A stretch of 64,000 nt of DNA from the human T2T-CHM13v2.0 reference genome, Homo sapiens. A program made the translations under genes and the position numbers. Below are positions 13,096 through 26,605 of this stretch, one piece after another; positions within the stretch are counted from its first letter, which is position 1; the number at the start of each line of letters is the position of its first letter. Location of the stretch: the NCBI RefSeq assembly GCF_009914755.1, contig NC_060932.1; one strand, written 5' to 3'. The notes under the pieces are model-generated. The model did not search any database and had not been told where the DNA came from. It worked only from the letters and a program-made list of their open reading frames with translations.

Positions 13096-15869
13096 TTGGT
13101 TATATGATAGTAATGAAAAGACACCACTCACCACTAAAGTTGAAACCCCTCTAGGTGTGGGGACCACGGAAGAGGCAATGTGAAGTCACGGAGAAGGTAA
13201 AATGTGATCTGATCCAAGAAAGAATAAAATGATAGGGAGGAGAAGCCCTTAATCACTCCACCATTCCAAAAGTGGATGAGGAAATGCAACAGGACCTGAG
13301 TTCTGACACATTTGGATATTTGGTCTCAGTTAGTCGAAGCAGAGTCCCAAGCACGGACCCAATTCTCAGTAAGACGTTACATGGTCATTGAACTGTAGTT
13401 TTATTTTCTCTGTGAATTGCAGCTGACGTCATCAGCTGAGACTGGGTTGGAGCAGCAGAGAGATGAGAGGTCTGAATATGAGTGAGAATTATTTTCAAAT
13501 ACATTGTAGAGAATAGGATAAAATGCTAGTTAAGGACTTTCTTCTGGGTTATCTGGACAAGATCAGGATTTTATTCCGTGTTGGCCAAGGTTTGGAGTAG
13601 CACGGAGGGCAGACAGGTGTGAATTTTTTTTGGTACAACTCAGTATTCTGAAAGTAGCCAGGGATCCTGGAGATAGATGGCATAATACAAGTTGATGTTG
13701 TCCCAGTTGGTGAAGAAAAGCAAAACAAAACAACACTGAAATAAGGAGTTTAGAGAATGGCCAAAGGAAGTTACAGTTATGGACCATAAATGCTAAGCTA
13801 AAAGCAAGAGAAGACAAAGCCTTTTATAAATAGATAAAAAGGATTAGGAATGAGTAAAGAACTGAGGACTTTTAAACAAGCTTTTGTATTGATGCTCTGA
13901 AAGAAAAATCTCATCCTAGTCATGTTTCTTTCTCTCATTGCTGGTCTCTCAATATTTTTCAGTCTCATGAGATTCCCTATCTCCCTCCAGACTCTATTGT
14001 GTCTATATTATAAAATCCTCTATTTTATAAAATCCTCTTGTGATCACTGTCTAGGCTAAAATTGTGTTCTTTCTCAAAGATTCTGTGTCACCTGCCACCT
14101 TAAAAAGTGGACACTAGCCATTCTTCTATTGCCTATAAATCACTTACTCAAGAAAGATGACATGAGATTTTTGTTCTCATACAATAGCAAAGGCCAAGGT
14201 GTTTGCTTTACTTGTAATTTTCCACAGACAAAGGCACTATTTAAAGAATAATGTTGGTGCAATTAAAAACCTATACTAGAAATGAGCTGATCCATCTCTA
14301 TTAACTCCCCATCCCATGAGAATCACATCATCTGGGTAATTATTAAACCATGAATGTGAATTTAGTTAATGTCCTCATCCTCCACATAGTATCTTATATG
14401 AAATCACTTCTTGGTCCTTGAAAGTGGTTTTTAAGCAAACTTTGAACCTTGCAGTGTGGGGATGGCTTAAATATCAGTAAATCTCAGGCATGTTTTTATG
14501 CATTATTGATTTTCTATTGTCATTTACTACTTCATTATGTTTGGGGAGTTTATTATTTATAATCCCAGCTAAGCAACTCAACAAAGTTGCCACAAATCAA
14601 GCCGATGCCTCTCCAACTAGCTGTCACAATTCTTTATGACCAGCCTGGGAATTTACATGATTATATCACCTTCCTAACTTAATTTCAAAGTACACTACAG
14701 ATAAACTACCCAGTAATGTAAGAGGTGCTTAGCACTTCTCATTGAATATAAGCCTCCAGGCATTACAGTAATGCATTATGAAACTACAGGGTGCCAAGAT
14801 TCTGTTCTCTAAGTGGTGAGTCCATAAAAGCCTCAGATTGTTTCAAGCTACGTATCTTAGAAGAGGGGACACATTTGTCTTATCTAGAAAAATGTCTTGG
14901 CATTGTTCTAAAGCACTCAATTTAGAGTCCAGAAAATTTAAAAGTTCTGGTGAAATTAAACATAAAGAATACATGACCCAGGAAGAAAATAATAAACACT
15001 CTAGGATTTATGAAGGTTTAACATTTTAAAAAGTGTATAATTATTATTTTGTATTTCAGAAAAGGCACCAAAACCATTAGATGCAAGTTTCAGAACATGA
15101 CATTTCTAATCAGCATGAGAAAGGGAGTTTCTAGTTAAATAGAAATGCAAAATTAGTGACCTTTTTTTAAGCAAGTTTTTGGGTTGCTCCAAAAATGCTT
15201 ATTCTTAGAATAGATCATGAACATTCACCCTTTAATACCTGTAAACTCAGTAGAGAAAGATGTCTAATTTTTGTGCTTGTTGCTGTTTTTGTTGTTATTT
15301 CATTTATTAATATTGAATAGAATGGATATGAGAATTGGAAGGAGATACTGAAAACTGAGGGGACTTGTGATTATAAAAATGTGACTAAATAGTAATTAAG
15401 AGACTTTTATGACTCTTTATTCTATATAACCTTAGTAACATAGAAGATTAAAAAATGTGTCCATCAGGATTCATCCACAGAAGCAGAACTACTTTATACA
15501 TTTGTGCATGTGTGTTTGTGTGTGTGCATGAGAGAGAGAGAGGAGGGAAAGAGAGACACCCCACAGTCTGCCCTCTGTGCTGTTCTGAACCTTTGTAAAA
15601 ATATAACAGATATTACATTTTTACCAATGTCCAGATAAACTGGAAGAGATTCCTTAGCTAGGTTTTCTCCTATTCTCAACTATACATATATATATATATT
15701 TTTCCACCATTCTTCACTCCGCTCATCTCTCTCTGTTCCATACCAATCTCAGCTGATGACTTACTCTCCAGTTCACAGGGAAAGTGAAACTATAGTTCAA
15801 TGACTACATAACTTATCATTGAGAGTTTTGTCAGTGCTGAGGACTCTGTTTTAACTTCCTGAGATTGAA

Positions 15870-16470
15870 TATCAAATGCATCAGGAATCTGCGATAGATA
15901 TAAAGATAAATTTGTCAAAAGAATTTTGACTTACACAATTGTTGAGTTGCTTGGGCAGTCTCTGTAAGCTGACTTTCTGCAGATGATGCTAGAGCTTGGA
16001 GACAACTGGACATATTGTCAGGAAGGGAATGTAGATGTAAAGTGGGAGAGAGCTAAAGCAGGGTGGAATCTGCAGGCATGAGCTGGAAACCCGTGGAGAT
16101 GGAGTGAAACCCGTGGAGATGGAGTGAAACCCATATCACTTACTTATGCCTCTACCCTGGGTTACACATGTACCCTGCAGGATTGAGACCCCTTCGTTGA
16201 ACACCTAACACACATACTCTTGACCCAAGAGTTGGAGAAGCAGAAGGAGAAGACAAAAGAAGGTAGAGAAGTTGCTGCTTCATACCAATGAGGTAAATCA
16301 GTAGATCAACAACAAAACACACGGCTGAATAGGTTATTGTATACTTTCTGTCCCACAAATCTCCCAAGAATTTTCCTTGTAGACCACATTATGTGAAAAC
16401 ATGCAAGAAATAGGATTCTGAAAAATGTAAGTCAGCCTCACTGTGAAGTGGACATATCACAAAGTCACTG
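15870..16470. mobile_element. ERVL LTR (LTR41-like)
   Basis: Motifs gacttacacaattgt, catgagctggaa and gattctgaaaaatgtaagtcagcc are shared with the copy at 26033-26605. Confidence 0.6.
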
Positions 16471-17179
16471 AAAACTCATATTCCATTTCAAATATGAAAA
16501 AGGTGTTGTGAAGGATAGTTACAATTATAAGAGTTACACCCTCTCTTAAAATGTGGATAGACCTACACTACTGCATGTATCAAGAGCAAGAAAATTGGAA
16601 CTTCAAGCGTCTGAACACAAAAACTAGATTTAACCAGAACATTTTATTTGTCCTCTCTTACTTTAGACTAAAAATGCAGGCAGTTGATCTTCAGTTTCTG
16701 CTGTGTCCTATATGCAAGGATTAGCTAGTGTAATAGATCTGCTTCAGGTACTTAATCACATAGAAAATATTATCAAGCTTGTCAGATAGACCTGCTATGC
16801 AAAGCCTCATGTCTTCTTGGGATTTTGAATCTCTGGCTTCATTCTCAGATGCTAAGAATCTACTTAAGTTCTGCATTACATCTTGATCTTGCATTTTCAC
16901 ATTCTCTTCCTTGTTTTTCTCCTTTATCTCTGTATCTCATGGTCTCTTATTTTTGATGCAATCTTAGATTTAAAAAGATACTCTCCCCTCACCAAATTAA
17001 AACCCATAGAGACTTCATCAGCTGTATCAGACCTTTGACCACTCAGCTAGAGGAGAAAGAGCAGACATTTGCCTTTCCTCCATATATTACAGTATTCTCT
17101 TAGGTTGGTAAAGCTTCTCCTGTTTTTAATTGTCTTTTATGTTTTTTTTTTTTTACCATGGCTATTTCATAATTTATTT

Positions 17180-17860
17180 TTTATTCATTGATTTATTTAA
17201 CAGACACACATTGAGTGTATACCATGCATACACATTGAGGATACTAAAATGAGATGTCCTCAAGAAAACACATTAGATGGGAGGTAGATGAGTAAATGAA
17301 TGATATAAAACCGGTTACCAAGCTAAATACAGTGCTATTAAAACAGAAATCAGAGTCTGGGCGCGGTAGCTCATGCGTGTAATCCCAGCCCTTTGGGTGG
17401 CAGAGGCAGGCGGATCACCTGAGGTCAGGAGTTCTAAACCAACTGGCCAACATGGCAAAACCCTGTCTCTATTAAAAATATGACAATTAGCTGGGCATGG
17501 TGGTGCACACCTATAATCCCAACTACTTGGGAGGCTGAGGCAGGAGAATTGCTTGAACCCAGAAAGTGGAGGCGGAAGTTGCAGTGAGCTGAGATTGTAC
17601 CTCCAGCCTGAGCAACAGAAAAAGACTGCATCTAAGAAAAAGAAAAAGGAAAACAGAAATCAGAGATGAGTTCAGAAAAAAATGATTGTTGGTAGTAGGG
17701 ATAGAGTTAATGTATCAGAGAAGGCTTCCCAGCATTCGACAACTTAAGCTGAGATTGTCATGGAGGATAAGATTGGCTTCTTGGCAAAAGGAAATATATA
17801 TGCAAATCTATAAAAATATAAGAAAGGGAGGGACATTCAAGAACATAAAGTTGCACTTAG
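17180..17860 (-). mobile_element. L2 fragment hosting an Alu
   Basis: L2 tail motif ttattcattgatttatttaacag...cattgagtgtataccatgc. Confidence 0.5.
17355..17649 (+). mobile_element. Full-length Alu (AluS-like)
   Basis: Dimeric Alu with a perfect 15-bp TSD AAAACAGAAATCAGA (17340-17354 and 17650-17664). Confidence 0.97.
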
Positions 17861-17879
17861 GAGAAAAGTTAAAAGTAAT

Positions 17880-18110
17880 AATAACACTTACAATCTTTGA
17901 TAACTTTTATTATAGTCAAGCAATATTCTAAGTTCTTATATGTGTTAACTAATACTAGCCAGAAATATATGCATATGTTCTATTAGTAATTTTCATCATC
18001 CTCATATCACAGATGAGAATACTGGGTGACATTAAGTATGAGAAAAGCTTAAAGAGAAAACCCAGGATAGGAACTCTTACTTCTTGACTCTATAACTTGA
18101 GCTCTTAACC
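17880..18110 (-). mobile_element. MIR
   Basis: MIR core motif catcctcatatcacagatgagaatactggg. Confidence 0.6.
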
Positions 18111-20754
18111 TTTGTTCTCAACATTGTGTGCCCATGAGTTTAGAGAGAAAGGCAAGCGTGGCTTATAGAAGCTATGAAATCAATAAGCCGTGAGTGTCAA
18201 CTTTGATAACAAATGTCCAAGTAATTGCAAACTGCAGAAAAGTGTGATCATATTTTTATTTCTACATTTTCTCCTTAAGGCAGAGTGTATTTTAAATGGA
18301 AAGGAACTAAAGACAAGAACTCCGGATAGGAAAGTCTGAAAATTTAAGCAAACAGCAATGAATAAGATCCAGGAAAAAAGGGAAAAAAAGCCAGTTACTG
18401 TAGTAATGACAATGAAAGAAAAGATTAAGAACTGTTTATGAGAAAGAATGAACGAGGTCATTGGAAGTTAATAAATAAGCAGTAGATGAGATGACATGAT
18501 TTCTGACTCTGGAGACCAAGTGGTATCACTACTCTATGATATAGGGAAGACAACAAATGTAGACTTTAAAAAAGCATTAATTCAGTTATGGCTGTATTGC
18601 CATTGGGTAGTCTGTATTGCAGGTAAAGCCAACTGGAGATATCTTGGATATCATGAAAAAATGACACATCCAAAGTTCAGGAGAAGAAGTTCGATGAAGA
18701 AGATGGTTCCAGATTAATCAAAGGTTACAGATAATGAACATATCCTAATGATTGCCAATTGTTGACCTGATTTTCCTTTATGACCTTGGCTTTTGTTCTA
18801 CAAATGAAAACTTCTGCCTGATTCTGAAGCCGGTTTCTGCCCTGCCTAACCCCATCTCATGCAGAGTAAACCCATGACCCATAACTATAAGCATCAAGCT
18901 GTCAAATTAGCAAAAGTAATAAATCCTCCATAGGAATAAAATCTGCCACTTGATCTCTTGAGAAATTCACTGCGAATGGAGAAACACTTAGCTAATAAAG
19001 TTATAAACAAAATTATTCATTACTCTTATCATACATAATTCAATCTGATGTCCCAATTCCCCATGCATTATGCTCTGACAACTGGATTGGAATTACTGTT
19101 TGTGCAGTTATAAAAATATTTCTCTTCGCTGACTATGTATTTTTTTGTTCTGTAAGCTTCAGGTCATTTTTTTTTTCATCTGTAGTGTCTTAATGAGCAA
19201 ATCTGTTCTCCTTTTTGATAGGTTTTGGGGTAATTCTGTGTGTTTTTGCCCATTATGAGTTGTCCAAGGAATGAACAGTGCTACTTTATTACCACTCTGA
19301 ATTATACTTTTGCAAAGATAAAATAAAGTAAGATTTGGTTACCTAATTTATGGCTGTGCATTACCGTCCTAGGGAGATGCAAAAAAATATGTATTCCTTG
19401 TCTTGTTACCATGCCCTTTTTGGAGCTCCTTAGGTAATCTAATTATAAGGAGAGTTTGGGAAACTATTAGTTTAAAATATATCTTCATATAATGAGAAAA
19501 ATTACATTTGAAAAAATGAAACAAAATCGTGGTTAGGTCCCTCTCTCCTCCATAAGGCCTGAAGGCACTTGCCCTTCCTCCCACAACACTGAGATTATTC
19601 TTCCCGTCGCTTGCACTGACACTACTTCCTCCAGCTTCTCTTTCAGTTGGAGGAATTCTTCATGGTTCTGACCCTTGATACTTCTTTTCTTTGTAATGCC
19701 TACTGCTGGTTGAATAGCTACATATGGTCTTGGGATGCCACCGATCTCCTCTAGGCTGACAGTTTGGGAGTTAAAAAATAAAGATGGTACCAAGCATTTA
19801 TGTACCAGGGCAGAGGTCTTTACTCAATGAAATGGCAAACTCTCCTTCTTCTGAATTCTTCTACCCTTTTATTTCCCTGTAGAAATGGAAAAGTCCATTT
19901 TAAAATTCCACATTTCTTTAATCCTAGAACAATTGAAAATCTGTACTTGTTAATTTGTGTTCACAGGGCAGATCACAGGGCAGCATGATGCTTCAAGAAT
20001 TCATATAAGGTTAACTTAAAGAAAGGCAAATGAAATTATAAGTAATTAATCTGGTGACATAATATTTGAATTCCTCATTCCTAGATCAGATACTGAGACT
20101 TCCAGGGTTGGGGCAAGGTTGATTGCCATAAGACTCTGAGGTTTTTTAAAAAAATAATGATAAGATCACTAAAGGACATCTCAAACCAATGATGCATCCA
20201 CATTGTGGTGAAACCTCTGGATAAGGTCTATATAGTGGGCTTTCCAAAACATAGATCTGAAAATGTCATTCCAGTTAAACGTGAGCACTACAAGGGCAGG
20301 GAATTTGCACTAATGTATCCTGTGTACCATGAACAGCACCTGGCACAGAGTAGATCCTTAATAAACATTTGTTGAAAAGTGAATAAATCCCCTGGCTTAA
20401 AAATCCCCTTGCAATAGGATAAGCCAACACTGAATAACATTGCATGCAAGATACTTCCAAATTTTTCTCAACTAATTTGGCAGCGTTATCTCCCTGTACA
20501 TCATTCCATAATCCCAACTAATTTCCAAAGACAATTCACATTTCTCCAAAGTTGCTTTTTTAAAAAAAAATTAAATCTAACACTTTGTGGGAAACCTATT
20601 GTGTTGAATTCACTATGTATTTTTTCAAGAAATGAGCTTTACACTCCTTTCTAACTGGGTATATAACCATGAAGATGACATCACCCCTTGCCTTTGAGGT
20701 GTTTATAGTCTGTAAGAGGATAGAGACATGTAAAATAGAAATGACTATAAGGAA

Positions 20755-21027
20755 ACACACACACAAATGTGCATGCACACACACATACACGCATACATAC
20801 ACACATATGCACATGCACACACAGACACACCCACAGGAACACACATACACATGCACACACATACAGGACCACACATGCACACATAGGAACACACATACAC
20901 ATGCACACACAGACACACATGTATACACACACATATATATGTACAGAATACATGTACACACATACACATGCACACACACATACACACATGCACTTACACA
21001 TACACACACCCGCATGCACACACACAA
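20755..21027 (+). repeat. Imperfect (CA)n/(CATA/CATG) alternating purine-pyrimidine repeat, ~270 bp
   Basis: Read directly from the sequence. It gives rise to the spurious C/V-rich and H/T-rich ORFs. Confidence 0.95.
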
Positions 21028-21144
21028 CAGAAAAGGGACCATAAAGAAAGAGCAACAGAATAGGCTGTAATGTCTAAGAAATGCTTCCTTGAGGAAGTCA
21101 CAAAACCAGAAAAATGCAGAATCTTTTTGTACACAGACACAGAA

Positions 21145-22033
21145 GTGGGACTAGCTACACAATTTGTGGGATCCAGCCAAATAAAATGCAGGTCCCCTTG
21201 TTCAAAAAGCAGAAAAAAAATTCTAATTAAGGTACTAAAATACAAAGCTCTTTTCTGTCTTCCACAGTTTCTTTCTCAACTTGGCTTGTCATAGTATTTT
21301 TATTTACTATTTAATGTCCTTCTAGCTAAAGAAAAATTAATATTTTTAATTATTAGCATAAATATATTATTTCATCTTCATATTGTACAAGTTTAACTCT
21401 ACTATAAGAACATTTAATTCACAAAAATATCATCAAAATTACACAATTTGTATTCTGTCGTTGGTACACGTATGTGTATTTAGTTTTTACCACAACAGTG
21501 GAAATACTGTTTAAAGCTAACTCAATGGTTTTTATCTCACTTCTTGAAAAATGCTCATTCTACCAACACTCTCTACCTTCAACTTACTGATGAGTAACAA
21601 AGAAAATAAGAGTAAATATGTGTTATTCTATTTTTCCCTTTCCTCAACACCATCATTTCCAGTAAGTTCTGCTTGTAAAGGAAACCAGGGTCTCTCAGGG
21701 CTCCTTGCACCCCTGCTCAGTCACAGATGTGCTGCATTTCTACACACTTGGAGTCTTGCTGAATCCCCATGCATCCTGTCCATCAGAACACTGTGCCCAT
21801 GAAGCATCAGGATGACCCCATATGCCTATGGGGCCTCACAGACATGCATGTTACACATACCTCCTCGGCTCACATGCATGCTCCATTGTTCCTTCGAGTT
21901 TCCCTTTCAAAACACAAGCTCAAAGATACAATTATTTAAAATTTCATAATGGGTGACAGTAGAGAATTAAACAAAGGTTGGCTTTCTTCTGAATGTAGGA
22001 CCCATTGCTAATGCACCGTTGACACCAGCTCTG
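21145..22033 (-). mobile_element. MER45B-like hAT-Tip100 DNA transposon
   Basis: The start gctacacaatttgtgggatccagccaaataaaatgcaggtccccttgttcaaaaagcag and the end aaaatttcataatgggtgacagtagagaattaaac...ccagctctg match MER45 termini. Confidence 0.75.
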
Positions 22034-22849
22034 ACAAGAGGCAAAAGAGTAGGGCACATTGGGGAAAGTTACTTCATCTATGATGGTTAGAGCACGCAGT
22101 GTAAGAAGAGTTCTGTGAGACGTGAGATGAAAAGTATCTTAAGACGTGCCACCAAGTCACTAATGGTATCTAGGACTCTCTTCAGCCCTAGATACACTTT
22201 TTTGTAGAATTTAAAAATTTCTATTGTTTTCCCTTTGAAAGATTTGTTCTAACTTCTATGGGAATATGCTATTCTGCTTTCCCACCTTAACTTCCTAGAA
22301 ATGTTTGTTGAATCCCAGGCAATCTCAGTTGCTCATTATTTCTATTATGATCAAACCTAGTCAGCTCAGATTTCATGCTAAAGCACCAACAATTTGTCAG
22401 ACCACCTACTGGACATGTCTCACAAGTATCTCAAATCATCTGTCTCTACCAGACCATCTCCTTCCCAGGGTGCCCTTTCTCAGGATCCAGTTCTTTACTC
22501 TTGAAATCTAAGAATCTTTTCTTTTTTTTAAAAAAAAATTTCACTCTATTGAATTGCTGGCACAGTAAAAATAATCTTTAAATGTCTACATCTGTCATCT
22601 CAATTTCTACCTCCCCAGTTTAAGTCTAGGTTGTATTGTCTTTTGTTTTTATCTGGAACCTTCTTTCTTCCTTCAATTCATGCTTTACACAGGGGTTAGA
22701 GGGTCATTATAAAGCCAAATCTGATCACATCACTCACCTCTTAATATTTCTTTAATGCCTTGCAAGCTCCTAAGATGAAATCCAAATTTCATAAGCTGGT
22801 CAAAAGACCAGCATTATCCAGGCTTGAAAAACATTTTCAGTCTCAGTTT

Positions 22850-23460
22850 TTCTCACCTTGATAGGTTGGGAACTAGGCTCTCCTGCTGAGTTCAGCAAGA
22901 GACTCAAATATTTGTATTTTAGCTTCCTCTTCTATAAAATCAAGATAACTTACATAATTTTTCATAGGGTTGTTAAGAGGAGCAAAAGAGCTAATATATG
23001 CCAAGCATATAAAATATTAAGCACTATTTCAGTATAAGTTATTGAATTAGTCAGCTATTTCTAGGTAATAAATAAATCTCAATGGCAAACAGCAATAAGC
23101 AATTATTCCCCACTCAAAAGTATGAAGGTGGGCAGGTGGTTTGATTTGGCTGTGGAACACCTGCTGTTGGATCCAGACCACAGATCCAGTCCATGCGCTC
23201 AGTCTGGAACCCAGACTGTAAATACAGCGTTTACCTAAGCATATTCTTCTCCTAACAAAGGTGGGAAGCTTCTAGGTAGATGAGTGTAAATACAGGATGC
23301 TCCTACATATTAGGCTCTGGATTGTCACCGGGTCATTTCTATTCTTTACATTGAGCAAGGCAAGGCCAGGGCCATAGCATGGGAAGTATAACATAGTATT
23401 GAGATTGGGGTAGTGGTTGAGTCAGCAGTTCCTGAAAAACTATCTAATTTGCCACTGTAA
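22850..23460. mobile_element. MIR fragment followed by an MLT1-like LTR
   Basis: MIR core agcttcctcttctataaaat...catagggttgttaagagg, then an MLT1-type start tgaattagtcagctatttctagg. Confidence 0.5.
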
Positions 23461-24389
23461 TTGTTGCACATTCCTATTTCCCAGGGCTTATACTCCAGCC
23501 ATACTCTATTTATATAATTTATCTAACTTATTAAAATTCCCCATGATGTACTTTGCATAGGAAGCATCCAACATGCTTCCTGGAGAACTGTCTCTACTTT
23601 CCCCATTTAGCCAAGTGTCTTGTTGATGGATTTGGATAGATGATTAGATATAGATGCAGGTATTAAGAACAGTGCCTGCCTTGAACAGAGTAGGCTTCCG
23701 AGATATATTGGTAGAATAAATAAAAATGAATGATTTCTGGAAATATGCATTTGTGACATTTAAAGACAGATGAGTAACAGAGACTTGGTATAATGTGAAA
23801 CCAGGCTGTACTGAAATAGTATCTGAGTAACAGACGAGAGACCCCAGTGCAGAAAGTAAGGTAATAGCAGGCACTGTGGAACACTTCAAAGCCACATCAC
23901 CATGGTTGATATTTAAGATAAATCTCTAATAACATCAGAAGACTCTCCATGTTCTATTATTAAAGCCGATGCACACTGAGATGCAACACAGCCCATAGGG
24001 TGCTAACAAAGGAATAAGAGACATTGAAAACCAGGCCATATCAGGATAGATTTTTATTATGGAAAGTTGAACATAAAATACAAATCATAGCTCAAAGGGG
24101 CTCAATATAGTCAAGCCCCAAACTAGTGGTGGCAAAAGAATAATAGGAGGGCAAGAAAATAAGATTGAGATCAAAGCAGGTCACAAGAAAGTCAGGGTGT
24201 CAATGTGAGTACATCACATAATAGTAAGCGCAAGAACCGTAAGAGAACGCTAGAGGCCAAGTCCCTTCCATCCACAGGGATGTAATATAACTGAATAGCA
24301 TGGCATCAAGAGAAGGCTTGAGAGCCATAGGAATTAAGTACAGACAGGAAACAATAGGGTAACACCTTCCTAACATTTCTGCCATTTGT

Positions 24390-24560
24390 TGTGAGTCCAT
24401 GATGTGCCAGGCAATGACAAAAGGACTTTGCATGTATTATCCCACAGTAGCCACATAACAGCCCCCATGAAGTGTGTGTTCTTTGCTCCCACCATGTTAC
24501 AGATGAGATATACTGGCTCAGAGGGTTTCAGAAATGTTATGGTCCTATTCCTAGGAGTGG
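24390..24560 (-). mobile_element. MIR
   Basis: atgtgccaggc...ccatgttacagatgagatatactggctcagagggtt. Confidence 0.7.
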
Positions 24561-25879
24561 TGCAGCTGTGGGTAGATAAGGACATCGGAGTCCTGCTGGT
24601 ACTGGTGGTAAAATGCCCCAGTAATGCATTCACTTGGCAATGTCTGTGGAAGGGTCCCATAACCTAGTGGGCCTGTGTGTGTCTACGGCCCATCCACAAG
24701 CTACCAGTAGGATAACTCTACTTATTTTAACTCATCCTTAGTGAATCTTATATCTATACTTTTATTTTCCACCCGCGCTTTGGGAGGGGTGTCCTGAACT
24801 GGCTAACTGAAAATGTTTGGAACCCACAGTTAAAAGATACTTAGGAAAAGTAATTTCTAATTTCTGACATGAGACATCTTTGCTGTTAAGTAAGTTATGT
24901 GCTCAACCCCATGAGTGGTAATCAAAGAACTTTTTCTCCCCCAACTGGATGTGATTTCAGTGGAATTTGAAAAAGATACACTGTTGATTTCCATAAGAAA
25001 TTGTGTGAGTTTGCTGATATGCTCCCTTAAAAAGCTACCAAGAGAAAATAATCTGTTTATTATTCATGTGTATCTTTTCAATTCACTTGAGCCCATTTTA
25101 CATTACCAGAATCTCAGACATCAGTTAATGACCTAGTAGTATATTCCTAATGTGATCTTTCAGGATAATTAGTCTCTATATTTTTCCTACAACAGTGTTC
25201 TAATATGAAAAGTTGATTTTGTTGGGTTTTAAAAATACAAAAGGTTAAAGACATAAACTGTAAATTATCTATAAAAGATAAAAGCCTGAGTGATGGTCTA
25301 ATTAAAAATAGCCTATTGGGTCTGAATATCTTTTTTCACTTCAGAATCTTTTTTTTTCCTTCTTCAGACAACTCTGTTTTGCCAGTATTAAGTAGTAGTA
25401 GTAATGATAATAATAATATTGTTATAATAATAAAGAGAATATCAGCATGTAATTACAAAATACCTGATGCAGACTATCATTTGAAATTAACTGCCCCAGG
25501 GGCCTCAAGCAATTAAAGTGAGCTACAGTTGATATTGGAAATTCGACCTTTTTACGAGTGATTGACAACCTGATTCTATAGGGTGTAAAATTTATAGATT
25601 CCATTGCAAATTGCATTACCTCAATTCTCCAAGGGACAGGGAAGAAGAAAATAAGGCCTCTGTAGTTTCATGGTACAGTGAAGAATAAGAAATCCCACTT
25701 CATATATCCCCCAATCTGAAAGGAAGTAGGTCCTCAAATTCAATGCTCCCATTGCCGTATGCTGTGTCAGTGAGGTGGTTTGTTTATCTTTAGGATTTAT
25801 CCAAACTTCTAGAGGACATGGGCAGGAAAAAGCTCCCCTTTAAATCTCCAAGTTTGGCAATTCTTGAGAACTTAGCCTA

Positions 25880-25950
25880 ACTTTTCTTTCTTTCTCTCTC
25901 TCTCCCTTCCTTCCTTCCTTCCTTCCTTCTTTCCTTCCTTTTTTTTTTTC
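25880..25950 (+). repeat. Polypyrimidine (CT)n/(CCTT)n/Tn microsatellite
   Basis: Read directly from the sequence. Confidence 0.9.
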
Positions 25951-26032
25951 TGGAAACCTTCCATAATAAGCCAAGTTACACAGTATCCCTGTATTTTCTC
26001 AAAACCTTTTGTATTAATTATCTATTCCTCTA

Positions 26033-26605
26033 TGCATCAGTCAGGGCTCAATCAGAGAAGCAGAATCAGTAGGATCTACAAACTGGACTTATTACAAATA
26101 ATTGGCTCATGCAGTTGTAAGCTACATAGACTCTGGTTTATCTCCGTGCCTGATGTTGGAATATGGGGCCTAAGAGGCAGGAAATTAAGAGGGGAATATT
26201 AGGAGCAGGCTGTAACCCAAGAAACATGAGCTGGAATTTCACAAGGACAGACTGAAACCTTTGCCTGTTCTTCTTGTCTCTGACCCTGGTGAATGGGTTT
26301 CCTACAAAAACTAGGGCCCTTTGTCACAGAGCTGAACACACACATTTGACTCTGGAACCCTAAAAACTAAAGTAGAGACCAGGGAACATAAAGAAATTGT
26401 AGGATCAGAGGCTGCTTCATGTCAACGAGGTGAGTCAGCAGATCGGGAACAACGTGTGTCAGCTGCAAAAGTGCTAATGCCTTTCTTCTGCCCTCCAAAT
26501 CCTGCAGACATCTTCCTTGTGCTCCATTCTTACAGAAACATACAAGGATGAGAATTCTGTAAAATGTAGGTCAGTCTAGCCAGATTGGCACATTACAAGA
26601 CCATT
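26033..26605. mobile_element. ERVL LTR (LTR41-like)
   Basis: Starts tgcatcagtcagggctcaatcagagaagcagaa. Its end is homologous to the 15870-16470 copy. Confidence 0.65.

Noticed and set aside
20596-21070. Five overlapping ORFs of 82-148 aa rich in C/V or H/T
   Set aside because: They are translation artefacts of the (CA)n-like repeat.
15870-26605. Two same-family LTRs about 10 kb apart as a possible provirus
   Set aside because: The copies are quite diverged from each other, and the intervening DNA holds L2, MIR and MER45 with no gag/pol-like sequence. Independent solo LTRs are more likely.
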